DNA from: Bdellovibrionales bacterium
Lineage (GTDB): Bacteria; Bdellovibrionota; Bdellovibrionia; Bdellovibrionales; JAGQZY01
NCBI GenBank assembly: GCA_964230645.1
Contig: CAXRHT010000002.1
Coordinates: forward strand, 864,395 to 928,394
Direction: 5' to 3'
DNA length: 64,000 nt
Shown: positions 1-9,400 of the stretch, one piece after another
How the letters are laid out: each line of letters starts with the position of its first letter
How positions within the stretch are numbered: position 1 is the first letter of the stretch
Translations under genes and position numbers: made by a program
The notes under the pieces: generated by a model
Seen by the model: only the letters and a program-made list of their open reading frames with translations
The model's database searches: none
Told to the model about the DNA's origin: nothing

Positions 1-1007
1 GGAGTTCCCGGACCACCACTGCCGCCTCCACCGCCATCATCAAACCAACCTTGACCGGGACCATAATCATTCCCCGTTCCACCGCCATTGCCGCCACCTT
101 CGCCGTCGCAGGCCTCCTGTAAGCAACTACTAAATTGATAGTTTAGCGCCTGGGAAGGAGAGGCACTCGCCATATTTCTGGTCATGCAAGACACTTTACC
201 GGAGAAGTCCGAGCACTTTTGACCGCAGGCAACCTTATCTTTGCTGTATAAAGTTAACTCACGACCAAAAACAACCTTTAAACCCGAACTAAGTTCACAA
301 TCGCAATCGGGAACCTGACAAGAGGAGAAGTTTGCAATACTTAGATCACCACTTAACTCTCCACTACTGCTACAAGTGACTCGGGTTCTATTTTCATTAG
401 TGTAGCAACTCTCACTACAACCCACTTCTTCTGTTTTATAAAAATAACGACTTGTGCCTCTTGGGATTCTTAAACCGCCTGGGAGATTACAATAGCAGGT
501 GGGAGTTTGACAGCTTCGATACTGATACTCGCTGGCTGGAGGTCCCTTAATCGCACCGTTAGCGAGACACTCCACCTCTGCGATATTGGACGAGTGGTCA
601 CAGGCCATGGCCGCATCATCACAACTCCCTGTATTTCTCTTATAAAACTTTATTTTTTGACCGACGTTGATAAAAATATCGCCATACTTACAGCGGCAAG
701 GCTGACTCACACAAGCCGGCTCCGTGAAACCTATGTCTCCTGTCAGCTCACCTTCTTGACACTTTACTTTTCCTGCCACCTGACTACAGGTATTCCCACA
801 GCTCACACTTTTTTGAGAATAGACTGTAACCTCGGCCCCTTCCTGAATGATCATATCATTGGGACCAAAACAATAGTTACCTGAGCCTTTTTCATTTTGA
901 GGTGTTTCGGAGGAATTTTCGCTCTGCTCGATTTTGGATTCTTCTACCTGACTGGTGCAGGCACCCAAACCCAACATAAATAGAATGGTGACAAAAAAAC
1001 GAACCAC
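1..1007 (-). CDS. Cys-rich secreted lipoprotein, C-terminus cut by window edge (four tandem Cys-rich modules, then a Gly-rich tail)
   Basis: Not in the ORF track because it runs off the window. The minus frame is open from GTG at 1007 to base 1, with GGGGGA about 8 nt upstream and an in-frame stop at 1025-1023. N-terminus VVRFFVTILFMLGLGAC contains a lipobox. Four ~62-66 aa modules repeat the pattern ...Y(S/K)...C(G/D)..C....G(K)V.C...GEL(T/S)GD...C..P.C. The tail reads GGGNGGGTGNDYGPGQGWFDDGGGGGSGGPG. Confidence 0.6.
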   Translation of the reverse strand, partial: MVRFFVTILFMLGLGACTSQVEESKIEQSENSSETPQNEKGSGNYCFGPNDMIIQEGAEVTVYSQKSVSCGNTCSQVAGKVKCQEGELTGDIGFTEPACVSQPCRCKYGDIFINVGQKIKFYKRNTGSCDDAAMACDHSSNIAEVECLANGAIKGPPASEYQYRSCQTPTCYCNLPGGLRIPRGTSRYFYKTEEVGCSESCYTNENRTRVTCSSSGELSGDLSIANFSSCQVPDCDCELSSGLKVVFGRELTLYSKDKVACGQKCSDFSGKVSCMTRNMASASPSQALNYQFSSCLQEACDGEGGGNGGGTGNDYGPGQGWFDDGGGGGSGGPGT

Positions 1008-1176
1008 GGCTATCCCCCAACTTTATCCCTTGCCTTCATGATAGTTCTATAATTTTAATTGCTCAACGTAGGGCTGAGATTCTCTGGTCAGAAGTCGTTA
1101 CGTTGAAGATGACTGGAATATTTGTTTCCACATGATACGTCTTATTTTAAGATAACATTAAGCGGGGGAGATCATC

Positions 1177-2436
1177 TTGAAAAAGCTTCTATTTAGCCTC
1201 TATTTGTGCTTACTTTTACCAACTTTTGCTTGGGCACAACAAACTAAAGTGTATTACGCCGTTCGCGGTAAGAAACCTCAGCTCCTTAGAACAAAGTCGG
1301 TCAACCGATGGTCTTGGAAAGAGCCAACTGAGGGAAAACCAAGGATGGTTAACGAAACTCTGTTTGCCCTACCAGGAAATACAATTCGAAACACTGTGAA
1401 ATCTAAGTATGGAGAGGCTCAACTCAAAGGTGGTGGGAAAAAGCTTTTTCTCTCAAGCCACTACCTTACCAACATGGTTTTAGTCTCAGATGGTCAAAGG
1501 AAAGAGAAGTTTTTCATAAAAACAAAATTAGAAAAAAAGCGGATCAGCAATGGCTGCGAGGAGTCTTATCTAATCCTACAGGCCAAAGATGGCAACGAGT
1601 TCCCTGGACCTTTAGGAACTTTCTGTAAAAAGCAAAATGACTCCACTCTCTTTTCTGTGGCGTTTCCTGGAGAGGTCAATTGGTCTGGATCCACTCTTTT
1701 TGAAACAGAAGGTAAAGGAGAAAGCTGGAAGGTTTATGAAATAAGCGAGGCTCAAAGCCAGTCCGGTGGCAAGATTGGCAACTTCTCGGTTCAATATAAA
1801 AATAAAACTTATGAGTACGAACTGCTCTCAAACTATTCTAAAAGTCAGGCTCAAAATGATTCCGAATCCAATCGTTATCAACTTCTGGTTGGAAATGTCA
1901 GTCTCACGGCAAAGGACGCCACCTCCGAGGCCTCTGAAAGTCCTTTCTTTGTAGGTGGACGCTTTCTATCCCGCCCTATTTTTAGCTCTTTACGCTTAGG
2001 AGTGGATTTCAATATCTCTCAATCTTTCAACTCTGACCCTCAAAATCAGCCTCTTAACTACAAAGAGTTCCGTGCTTTCGCCGGTTATGGCCTTTTAGGA
2101 GGAGACTTTGAAATAGCTCCACGAATTTACACCATATTTGCAGACGCAAGTAATCCGAATTCGGGCCTCAAAATGGTGCATCAGCACTTAGGCCTGGGCT
2201 TGGCCTTCATTTTAAAGCTCGGCCCTGACTTTAGAACTCACTTCGTCTATCTACAGAGTGGATTCCTTGGCTCGGTACCGACGACTCACTCCAGTCTGCA
2301 GTTCGAGGCCGCCTATAATTTCGGTGGATTTGAAGCGGGGTTTGGGATCGAAATGAACGACTATGGCTACGAGACACAAACCCGTGGCAATCCCGAGTTC
2401 ACTCAGGCCATTTACTACCTAAGTTTAGGATTCTAG
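1177..2436 (+). CDS. Secreted protein with probable C-terminal outer-membrane beta-barrel (family unknown)
   Basis: Track ORF with TTG start. Signal peptide MKKLLFSLYLCLLLPTFAWA/QQ. The last ~170 aa show alternating hydrophobic strands and end in YYLSLGF, an aromatic C-terminus typical of OM barrels. Confidence 0.6.
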   Translation: MKKLLFSLYLCLLLPTFAWAQQTKVYYAVRGKKPQLLRTKSVNRWSWKEPTEGKPRMVNETLFALPGNTIRNTVKSKYGEAQLKGGGKKLFLSSHYLTNMVLVSDGQRKEKFFIKTKLEKKRISNGCEESYLILQAKDGNEFPGPLGTFCKKQNDSTLFSVAFPGEVNWSGSTLFETEGKGESWKVYEISEAQSQSGGKIGNFSVQYKNKTYEYELLSNYSKSQAQNDSESNRYQLLVGNVSLTAKDATSEASESPFFVGGRFLSRPIFSSLRLGVDFNISQSFNSDPQNQPLNYKEFRAFAGYGLLGGDFEIAPRIYTIFADASNPNSGLKMVHQHLGLGLAFILKLGPDFRTHFVYLQSGFLGSVPTTHSSLQFEAAYNFGGFEAGFGIEMNDYGYETQTRGNPEFTQAIYYLSLGF

Positions 2437-2579
2437 ACTTACCTCACCTCATTTTCTCTCAATGAAAACCCTTTAAAAAATAGACCAAAGAAGGGGGCTT
2501 TTTAGCCTCTTCTTTCCCATTTAAACTTGAAAAAAAAACGCAGTGTTCCGATGGGTTATCTATACACAAAGGAAAAAAG

Positions 2580-3011
2580 ATGGGTGCTAAAAATGTTTGG
2601 GTGATTGGTCGCGATTCCGATTGCGATATCGTAATTAACAGCAAAAACGTCAGCCGTCGACAGGCAGAGATTCACCAAAGTGAAAATATTTTCTTTCTCA
2701 TTAATCACTCTAAACATAAAACCTCCTTTTTAAAAAGAGGAGAGCAAAAAATCCAGGTGGAACGGACTCGTTTAAAAGAAGGAGACCTTCTCTTTTTTGC
2801 TAACGAGGGTCCTTTCGAGTTTGAGTCCTTAATTGACAGTGACCGAACAGTTATTGATTTCAACCCTTTAAGCGGTGAAGACAGTCTGCAAACCACAGAT
2901 CCTGGTAGTGTTGACTTCCAAAAGTATGTGGAAAAAAAGCGATGTTCAGCTTGCGCCACGATTGTCGCTAAAAACGAGAGTCAGTGTCCTGAGTGTGGGA
3001 GCATGATATGA
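2580..3011 (+). CDS. FHA domain protein with C-terminal zinc ribbon
   Basis: FHA-like core VWVIGRDSDCDIVINSKNVSRRQAEI...GDLLFF. C-terminal CSAC-x10-CPEC. The stop overlaps the next start (ATGA at 3008-3011). Confidence 0.8.
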   Translation: MGAKNVWVIGRDSDCDIVINSKNVSRRQAEIHQSENIFFLINHSKHKTSFLKRGEQKIQVERTRLKEGDLLFFANEGPFEFESLIDSDRTVIDFNPLSGEDSLQTTDPGSVDFQKYVEKKRCSACATIVAKNESQCPECGSMI

Positions 3012-3838
3012 GCGCCGCAAAAAAAATAATCGATAAATTTCGTCCAAAGAAGAAGTCTTACAACCTTCCACGCATGGAGGTAAACAATCATATCGAAGGG
3101 TATTCCTTTTTTGATTATGTCGAGCCTTATACCCTTGGGATCATATTTACTTTGTGTGCTGTCTTAGCGATCCATTTAACCGGTGAGAGCTATATCAAGT
3201 CTATGGCTACAGGCGGAAAGTCCTTCCCGTTCACCTTTCAAGGACTTATGTGGCTTGTTATGGGAATTGGTATCGGAACCCTCTGTTTCAAATACGCTCG
3301 TATCAAAGAAAAAAGAGAAAGTTTTCAAATCGACTGCTTCCCCAGGGACCCACACCTTATTTTAGATTCAAAAGAGATTGCCAAAATTCGCCTTAAATTA
3401 AAAATTTATGATCGCGATCACAGTGCTGTTTTTCCGCGAGTCACCACGAAGGTATTAACCAAGTATCAAACCAATAAGTCGGTTGAGGAAGCCCAATCCA
3501 TGCTAGCTTCTCAAGTTGATATCATGTCTCAACGCTCAGACACCGAATACAACAGTTTGAGATACTACTCATGGCTTCTACCTTCGCTAGGATTCATGGG
3601 CACGGTTTACGGAATCTCAGAAGCCGTAGCGGTGGTTGGTCAGTCAACCCCTGATGATCCAGATCTTTTAAAGAATGTGGCCGTCAGTCTCGCAGTGGCT
3701 TTTGACACGACTCTTTTGTCTTTAATTCAAAGTTCTGTAATTCTCTTTTTTATGAACAAGCTTGAATCTCGCGAGGAAAAGCTCAATGTCGCTATTGAAG
3801 AGCGCATCGTCGATGAAGTTATCAGTAGGTTGAAATAG
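3008..3838 (+). CDS. MotA/TolQ/ExbB-family proton-channel protein
   Basis: Four hydrophobic segments. The C-terminal half has the family-type motif LLPSLGFMGTVYGISEAV ... SLAVAFDTTLLSLIQS. The track gives a GTG start at 2993. I prefer ATG 3008 because of the ATGA overlap with the FHA stop. Confidence 0.75.
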   Translation: MSAAKKIIDKFRPKKKSYNLPRMEVNNHIEGYSFFDYVEPYTLGIIFTLCAVLAIHLTGESYIKSMATGGKSFPFTFQGLMWLVMGIGIGTLCFKYARIKEKRESFQIDCFPRDPHLILDSKEIAKIRLKLKIYDRDHSAVFPRVTTKVLTKYQTNKSVEEAQSMLASQVDIMSQRSDTEYNSLRYYSWLLPSLGFMGTVYGISEAVAVVGQSTPDDPDLLKNVAVSLAVAFDTTLLSLIQSSVILFFMNKLESREEKLNVAIEERIVDEVISRLK

Positions 3839-4948
3839 ATGGCTCGAAAGAAAAAGAACCGTGACATCAATGTTTTTAGTGCCTCGGCGATCGATCTTTT
3901 CGCCTCGTCCATGGGCGTATTTATCATTCTTGTTGTTGTTTTATTTCCTTATTTTGGCAACAAATCCAAAATCGAACTCTCCAAGTCAGACACAGAGAGC
4001 ATTAAAAGCCTTGAGACCTTCAAAACACGGGTTAAGAAACAAGAAAAAGTGATTAGCTCTAAAAATGCTAAAATTAAAGAGATTCAAAAAAAGTTGGAAC
4101 AATTGACCGAGAGTGTTCAATCAAGTTCACAAAACCAGAATCAACAAATTAGCTCGCAGCAGGAAAAGATCTCTGAACTGAAGAAGAAACTCGAAGACGC
4201 TCAATCACAGCTTTCCTCAAACTCCTCTCTTGAAGAAATTTTAGAAAAAAAGAATGATACTATTACAAAGCTTGAGACAGAAAGTAACAGCAAAAACAAG
4301 AAAATCTCCAAACTTGAACAAGAAATACAAAGCTTAAAAGAAGTAAGTCAGCGAGCGCTCGCTTCTGTAAAGGATTCCCAATCCATGTCGACACAAGTCT
4401 CTTCTCTTCAAAAAGCCTTGGAGGCTATGAAAGATGAAGTGAAAAAACAAAAAGCCAGCCAAGCCAACAGTAGTCAAACAATCACAGATCTAAAAGAAAA
4501 GCTTGAAAAAGAGAAATCTTTTAGCAGCTCGCTTGAACAAAAGCTTAAGAAAAACAAGGGCCAAGTGGATGGCAAATCCTTTTTAGCGGTTGTGATGAAA
4601 TGGTCCACAGAAAAGCATGATGTGGATCTTGTTCTCAAGGCTCCTGATGGGAAAGTTTTTGATTTTAAACATAAAAAATATGGCAATAGCTATGGGGAGT
4701 TCGTGCTTGATTCTCGCAGTGGACCGGGAGCTGAGGTATGGCAATCACAGCAACTCACACCAGGACGCTATACATTGACCTCAAAGCTCTACAACACTTA
4801 TGGTAACAACAAACCAGCAGAAGTTTCAGCCAGCCTTTTCACCAAAAAAGGGAAGATGGACATTCCCGCCTTCCAACTCTCCCCAAAAAAGAAAACCAAC
4901 TCCGTTTCTTTTGAAGTCGACAAAGAAGGAAAAATTCAGTTTTTCTAG
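3839..4948 (+). CDS. ExbD/TolR-like membrane anchor fused to a ~195-aa coiled coil and a C-terminal beta-rich domain
   Basis: N-terminus MARKKKNRDINVFSASAIDLFASSMGVFIILVVV resembles the ExbD/TolR N-terminal TM with its conserved Asp (E. coli ExbD DINVTPFIDVMLVLLIIF, from memory). Residues ~45-240 are E/K/Q/S/L-rich helix. Residues ~247-369 (HDVDLVLKAPDGKVF...SGPGAEVW...GRYTL) recall DUF2135/YfaP-type domains (from memory). ATG abuts the upstream stop. Confidence 0.6.
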   Translation: MARKKKNRDINVFSASAIDLFASSMGVFIILVVVLFPYFGNKSKIELSKSDTESIKSLETFKTRVKKQEKVISSKNAKIKEIQKKLEQLTESVQSSSQNQNQQISSQQEKISELKKKLEDAQSQLSSNSSLEEILEKKNDTITKLETESNSKNKKISKLEQEIQSLKEVSQRALASVKDSQSMSTQVSSLQKALEAMKDEVKKQKASQANSSQTITDLKEKLEKEKSFSSSLEQKLKKNKGQVDGKSFLAVVMKWSTEKHDVDLVLKAPDGKVFDFKHKKYGNSYGEFVLDSRSGPGAEVWQSQQLTPGRYTLTSKLYNTYGNNKPAEVSASLFTKKGKMDIPAFQLSPKKKTNSVSFEVDKEGKIQFF

Positions 4949-6418
4949 CTAGCGGTGAACAACACCCACTTCTCCTCCCCCCAAAGCTTTGAAGAGAAAA
5001 ATATTATTGCGAATATAGCTTTGCTTGATTTGAATATACTTTGTTTGGGCTTCATAAAGGGAACGGCGAGAATCAAGGCTCACAAGATAACTATCAACTC
5101 CTGAGCGATAACGAAGATCACTAAGCTCAGAGGTTTTTTGAGCGGCTTTAACCACTCTTTGCTGAGCATTGATCTGTTTTTTATAATTTTTCTTTGAAAT
5201 AAGGCCGCTGGCCACTTCGCGGAAAGCCTCTTGGATGGAGTATTCGTAATTAAGTATGCTTTTTTTCTTTCTAATTTTACTCACCTCAAGCCTCGACATA
5301 TTTTGTCCCCAGGTAAAAATTGGTAAATTCACTCGCGGGATAAAACTCCAAGACTGAGAGCGTTCTTCAAAAAGATTATCGAGTTGTGTTGATGACCAAC
5401 CTGCCCGGGTGGTCAATTGGATGGAGGGGAAAAAGGCCGCACGTGCTGCTCCAATGCGAGCATTTTCAGCCAACAACTGATGTTCCGCCTGCCTGATATC
5501 GGGCCTAGCTAGTAGGACCATGGAGGAAAGGTTTTCGGGCAAATTGCGGGTTAATTTTGTGGAATCCTCCAAACTTTGTGGCTTCGGAAGTTCTGTGAGC
5601 GGCTCTCCCACTAGAACGGAGAGGTTTTGTTTGTTAATGGCCGCCAGTCGTTTTCTTTCCAAGACATCAGTTTTAAGGTTTTCGAGCAGGGTTTCCGCTT
5701 GGCGCAGTTCAATTTCTGAAACGACTTTCTGCTTCCAACGCTTTTCAATAATGCCAACAACCTGGGACTGCAAACTCACCGTCTCCTCAGCCAATCTTTG
5801 CAACTCTAGATTGGTCATATAATTGAGATACTCGCTACTCACATCAGCAATTAAGGCGATTCGCTGGCTCGCTTGAACATCGTGACTGGCCAAATATTCG
5901 TGAAGAACAGCCCTCTTAAGACTTCGAATCTTTCCAAAAAAGTCGATCTCATAGGAAGTTAACCCAACTGATAAATTGTACTGATTTTGGATAAATCCCG
6001 TGGGTTGTCCCCCTCCAGCCGAGCCGAAAAGTCCACCTTGTCCAAGAGCATTGCCAGGGATTTTTTGCCTTCTCATTTCCCCTTGCAGATCGAGGTTTGG
6101 AAACAATTCGCTTTTTTGAATGTCATACTGCTCTTCCAGCTCCAAGGTATCAAGGACGCGGCTTAGATATTGTCGGTTATTCCTCAAACTTTTTGATATC
6201 AGTTTTTTCAAGAGTCGATCTTTATAAAAGTTCTTCCAATTAAAACCTTTCAGTTGTTTGCGAAGAGTCTTATTTTGCCCTTTGTTCTCAGAGATAAAAC
6301 TTTTCTCCACCGGCATTTCTGGCTCAGGCCTTTCCGGAGCCAATGTACAACTGGTAAATAAAACAAAAAGAAAAGATAAGAAAAGACGGTTATTCACTGC
6401 CATCCTCCACCGTCTCAA
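4949..6418 (-). CDS. RND efflux outer-membrane factor lipoprotein (NodT/TolC family)
   Basis: Lipobox LFTSC. Length and sequence are typical of OMF proteins. The start overlaps the stop of the RND pump gene. ATG 6403 is an alternative start. Confidence 0.9.
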   Translation of the reverse strand: MRRWRMAVNNRLFLSFLFVLFTSCTLAPERPEPEMPVEKSFISENKGQNKTLRKQLKGFNWKNFYKDRLLKKLISKSLRNNRQYLSRVLDTLELEEQYDIQKSELFPNLDLQGEMRRQKIPGNALGQGGLFGSAGGGQPTGFIQNQYNLSVGLTSYEIDFFGKIRSLKRAVLHEYLASHDVQASQRIALIADVSSEYLNYMTNLELQRLAEETVSLQSQVVGIIEKRWKQKVVSEIELRQAETLLENLKTDVLERKRLAAINKQNLSVLVGEPLTELPKPQSLEDSTKLTRNLPENLSSMVLLARPDIRQAEHQLLAENARIGAARAAFFPSIQLTTRAGWSSTQLDNLFEERSQSWSFIPRVNLPIFTWGQNMSRLEVSKIRKKKSILNYEYSIQEAFREVASGLISKKNYKKQINAQQRVVKAAQKTSELSDLRYRSGVDSYLVSLDSRRSLYEAQTKYIQIKQSYIRNNIFLFKALGGGEVGVVHR

Positions 6419-9400
6419 TATTTCTATTTATAAAAAGAAAGAATAGGGGCGCAAAAAATATAACCAGTAAGGTCGTTGATAGTATTCCGCCCACGAGACT
6501 GAATCCAATGGATTGCTGAGCCCCAGAGCCTGGTCCAGAAGCAAAAACAAGAGGTAAAACTCCAAGTAAAAATGTAAAGGAGGTCATAAGGATGGGGCGA
6601 AACCTCTGTTGACTGGCTTGCATGATGGCGTCCATCATGCACTTGCCTTCTTTGATGGCGGTGATAGCAAACTCTACAATCAGAATGGCATTTTTTGCAG
6701 CCAGCCCCATTGCTAAAAGAATTCCGACTTTAAAATAGACATCATTGGTTTGACCAGATACCAGTGAAAGCAGTGCTGCGCCCACAATCCCCATGGGAAT
6801 CGTTAAAATAATCGCAAAAGGAATAGCCCAGCTCTCATAAAGAGCGGCTAGACTTAGAAAAATAGCTAGTACGGTAATCATATAGAGATAATAAACTTGA
6901 TCGCCTGACTGCTGCTCTTCATAAGACAGACCCACCCACTCAACAGAAAGGCTCTCTTTAAAATTATCCGCCACTTTCATTATTCGCTCCATAGCATCTC
7001 CAGTAGAGAAGCCAGGGCTCGCCTGACCTTGGATAGGAAGAGCGGCGCTTCCATTAAACCTTTCCACTTGGGGAGGACCGTAGTCCCAATAGCCTTTTGA
7101 AAAATCAGAGAAAGAAACCATGGCACCCGACTGAGAGCGAACGTACCAGTCTCCAAGATCACCGGGCTTCATTCTAAAAGGAGCATCCCCTTGCACGAAA
7201 ACTCTTTTCACTCGGTCTTTTTCAATAAAGTCATTCACGTACTGGGTTCCCCAAGCCGCGCTCAGAGTCTCATTCACACTGGCCACACTCACCCCCAGTG
7301 CTTTGGCCTTTTCGTAATCAATATTGATTTTGTATTGAGGGGAATTACCGAGTGAATTAAAACGGCTATAGGATATCTCAGGAGATTGGTTGAGTTGTGC
7401 TAGAAACTCATCTTTGACCTCCACTAAATTTTCCCGACCTTGCCCGGTACGGTCCACCAATTGAAACTCAAAACCTGTAGCACGACCAAGGTCTCTTATA
7501 GGAGGAGGAACGATCACAGTGATCTTAGCGTCACGAATAGCAGAGAGCTCTTTTCTCGCCATATCAGCTATTTCAAAAATGGAAATAAAGGGACCCTCCC
7601 TCTCATCATAGGGAACGGTATGAACAAAGCCAATGGCAGCGTTTTGCCCCGAACCACTGAAGCTAAAACCTCTGACCGTAAAGATATCTTTGATCGAACC
7701 TGACAATCGATCCGCCAGGAAAAAGTCCTCAACTTTTGAAATTGGTTTTTTCATTTCTTCAAAGGTTGCCGTAGGTGGACCTTCTAAAAGGACATAAATA
7801 TTTCCTTGATCCTCGTTGGGAAGAAAAGCGCTGGGAAGATTGAAAAAGCAAAGGCCGATTAAAATGATAACGGCAAGAAAGCTTAAAAAAGCGAGTTTGG
7901 TATGATTGAGAAAATATTTTAACCATTTTTCATAGGTGTTTTTGCTTTTATCATAGGCTGAGTTAAACCAACCAAACCACTTAGACTCACCCATGGACTC
8001 TTTTTTCTTAAAAAGTGTGGCGCAAAGAGAAGGGGTAAAGGTTAAGGCCACAAAAAGAGACAAAGTCATCGCCGAAATCAGTGTCACAGCAAATTGTTTG
8101 TAAATCACTCCCGTCGATCCTGCAAAAAGCAGCATGGGAACGAAAACGGCCCATAGCACAACGGTTGTACCCACGAGGGCACCCGTAAGTTCTTTCATCG
8201 AGTTGTAAGCGGCTTGTTTGGAATCAAGCTCGGAGTCTTCCTCAAGGGACCTTTTAATGTTCTCTGTCACAACGATGGCATCATCCACAAGAAGACCAAT
8301 AGCTAAAACAAGTGCAAAAAGAGTTAATATGTTAATGGAATATTGAAAAAACCAGAGGCTTGCAAACGTCCCAAGGATCACCACGGGTATGGCAATACCT
8401 GGTACAAGTGTTGACCTTATGTTTTGTAAAAACACATACATTACGGCAATCACTAAAAACATCGCCAAAACTAAGGTGATGACCACCTCCCAAATTGAGG
8501 CTCTGATAAAGGGGGTCACGTCCACGGGATAAGCAATTTTTAAATCTTTTGGAAATGTGGGTTCAAGCTCTTTAAGCCTTTCCTTGATCAGGTCCACTGT
8601 CTCAAGGGCGTTGGCATCAGAGGCTAGACTCACTCCAAAACCAGAGGCAGGTTTTCTTTTATACCGTCTAATCGATGAGTAATTTTCAGCACCAATCTCC
8701 ACTCGTGCAATATCCCCCACCCGCACCGATTCTCCATTGGGCAAAGTTCGCAGAAGGATGTTTTCAAACTGCTCTCTAGTGGAAAAAAGACTTTGCGAGG
8801 TCACAGTGGCATTGATTTTCTGCCCTTCAACGGCTGGAGCCGCTCCGATTTGGCCCGAGGCCACCTGATTGTTTTGAGCTCTTACGGCATTGATAACATC
8901 TGTTGCTGTGAGCTTATAGTTAAAAAGCTCCCTTGGATTGAGCCAGATTCTTAAGGCGTGTTGGGGGGCAAAGGCGTTGATTCTTCCTACACCCTTGATA
9001 CGACCGATGGGTTCCACCAAGTTGGAAGCCACAAAATCTCCGATCTCGGTGTCATCCATTTTACTCCCTGGAGAGTAGGCCGCCACAACCACGGCGTAAA
9101 AGCCCGAGGACTTCTCAACGGGGATTCCAAGTTGTCTCACCTGTGCAGGAAGGTTGGAAAGAGCTTGCGAGAGTTTGTTTTGAGTTTGAACTTGCGCGAT
9201 ATCTGGGTTGGCATCGATATCAAAAGTAAGTCTAATTTCTGCACGCCCTGAGGAGGAGCTTGATGACTGGATGTAGCGTAAATTATCAATGGCTATGAGA
9301 TTTTGTTCAATACGCTGAGTGATTGTTTTATCGATCGTCTCTGCTGAGGCTCCAGGATAATTAGCGTTGATTGATACTTGGGGTGGTGCCACTGAAGGGT

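Noticed and set aside
507-884. Track ORF of 125 aa on the plus strand
   Set aside because: It is antisense to a minus-strand frame that stays open across 1-1007 and has a lipobox signal and four clear Cys-rich repeats. The plus ORF has no SD and has odd composition.
2484-2520. Terminator-like hairpin after the 1177-2436 gene (AGAAGGGGC ... GCCTCTTCT)
   Set aside because: The stem has a mismatch and is not followed by a T-run. If real, it would separate the barrel gene from the FHA operon, so it is noted but not called.
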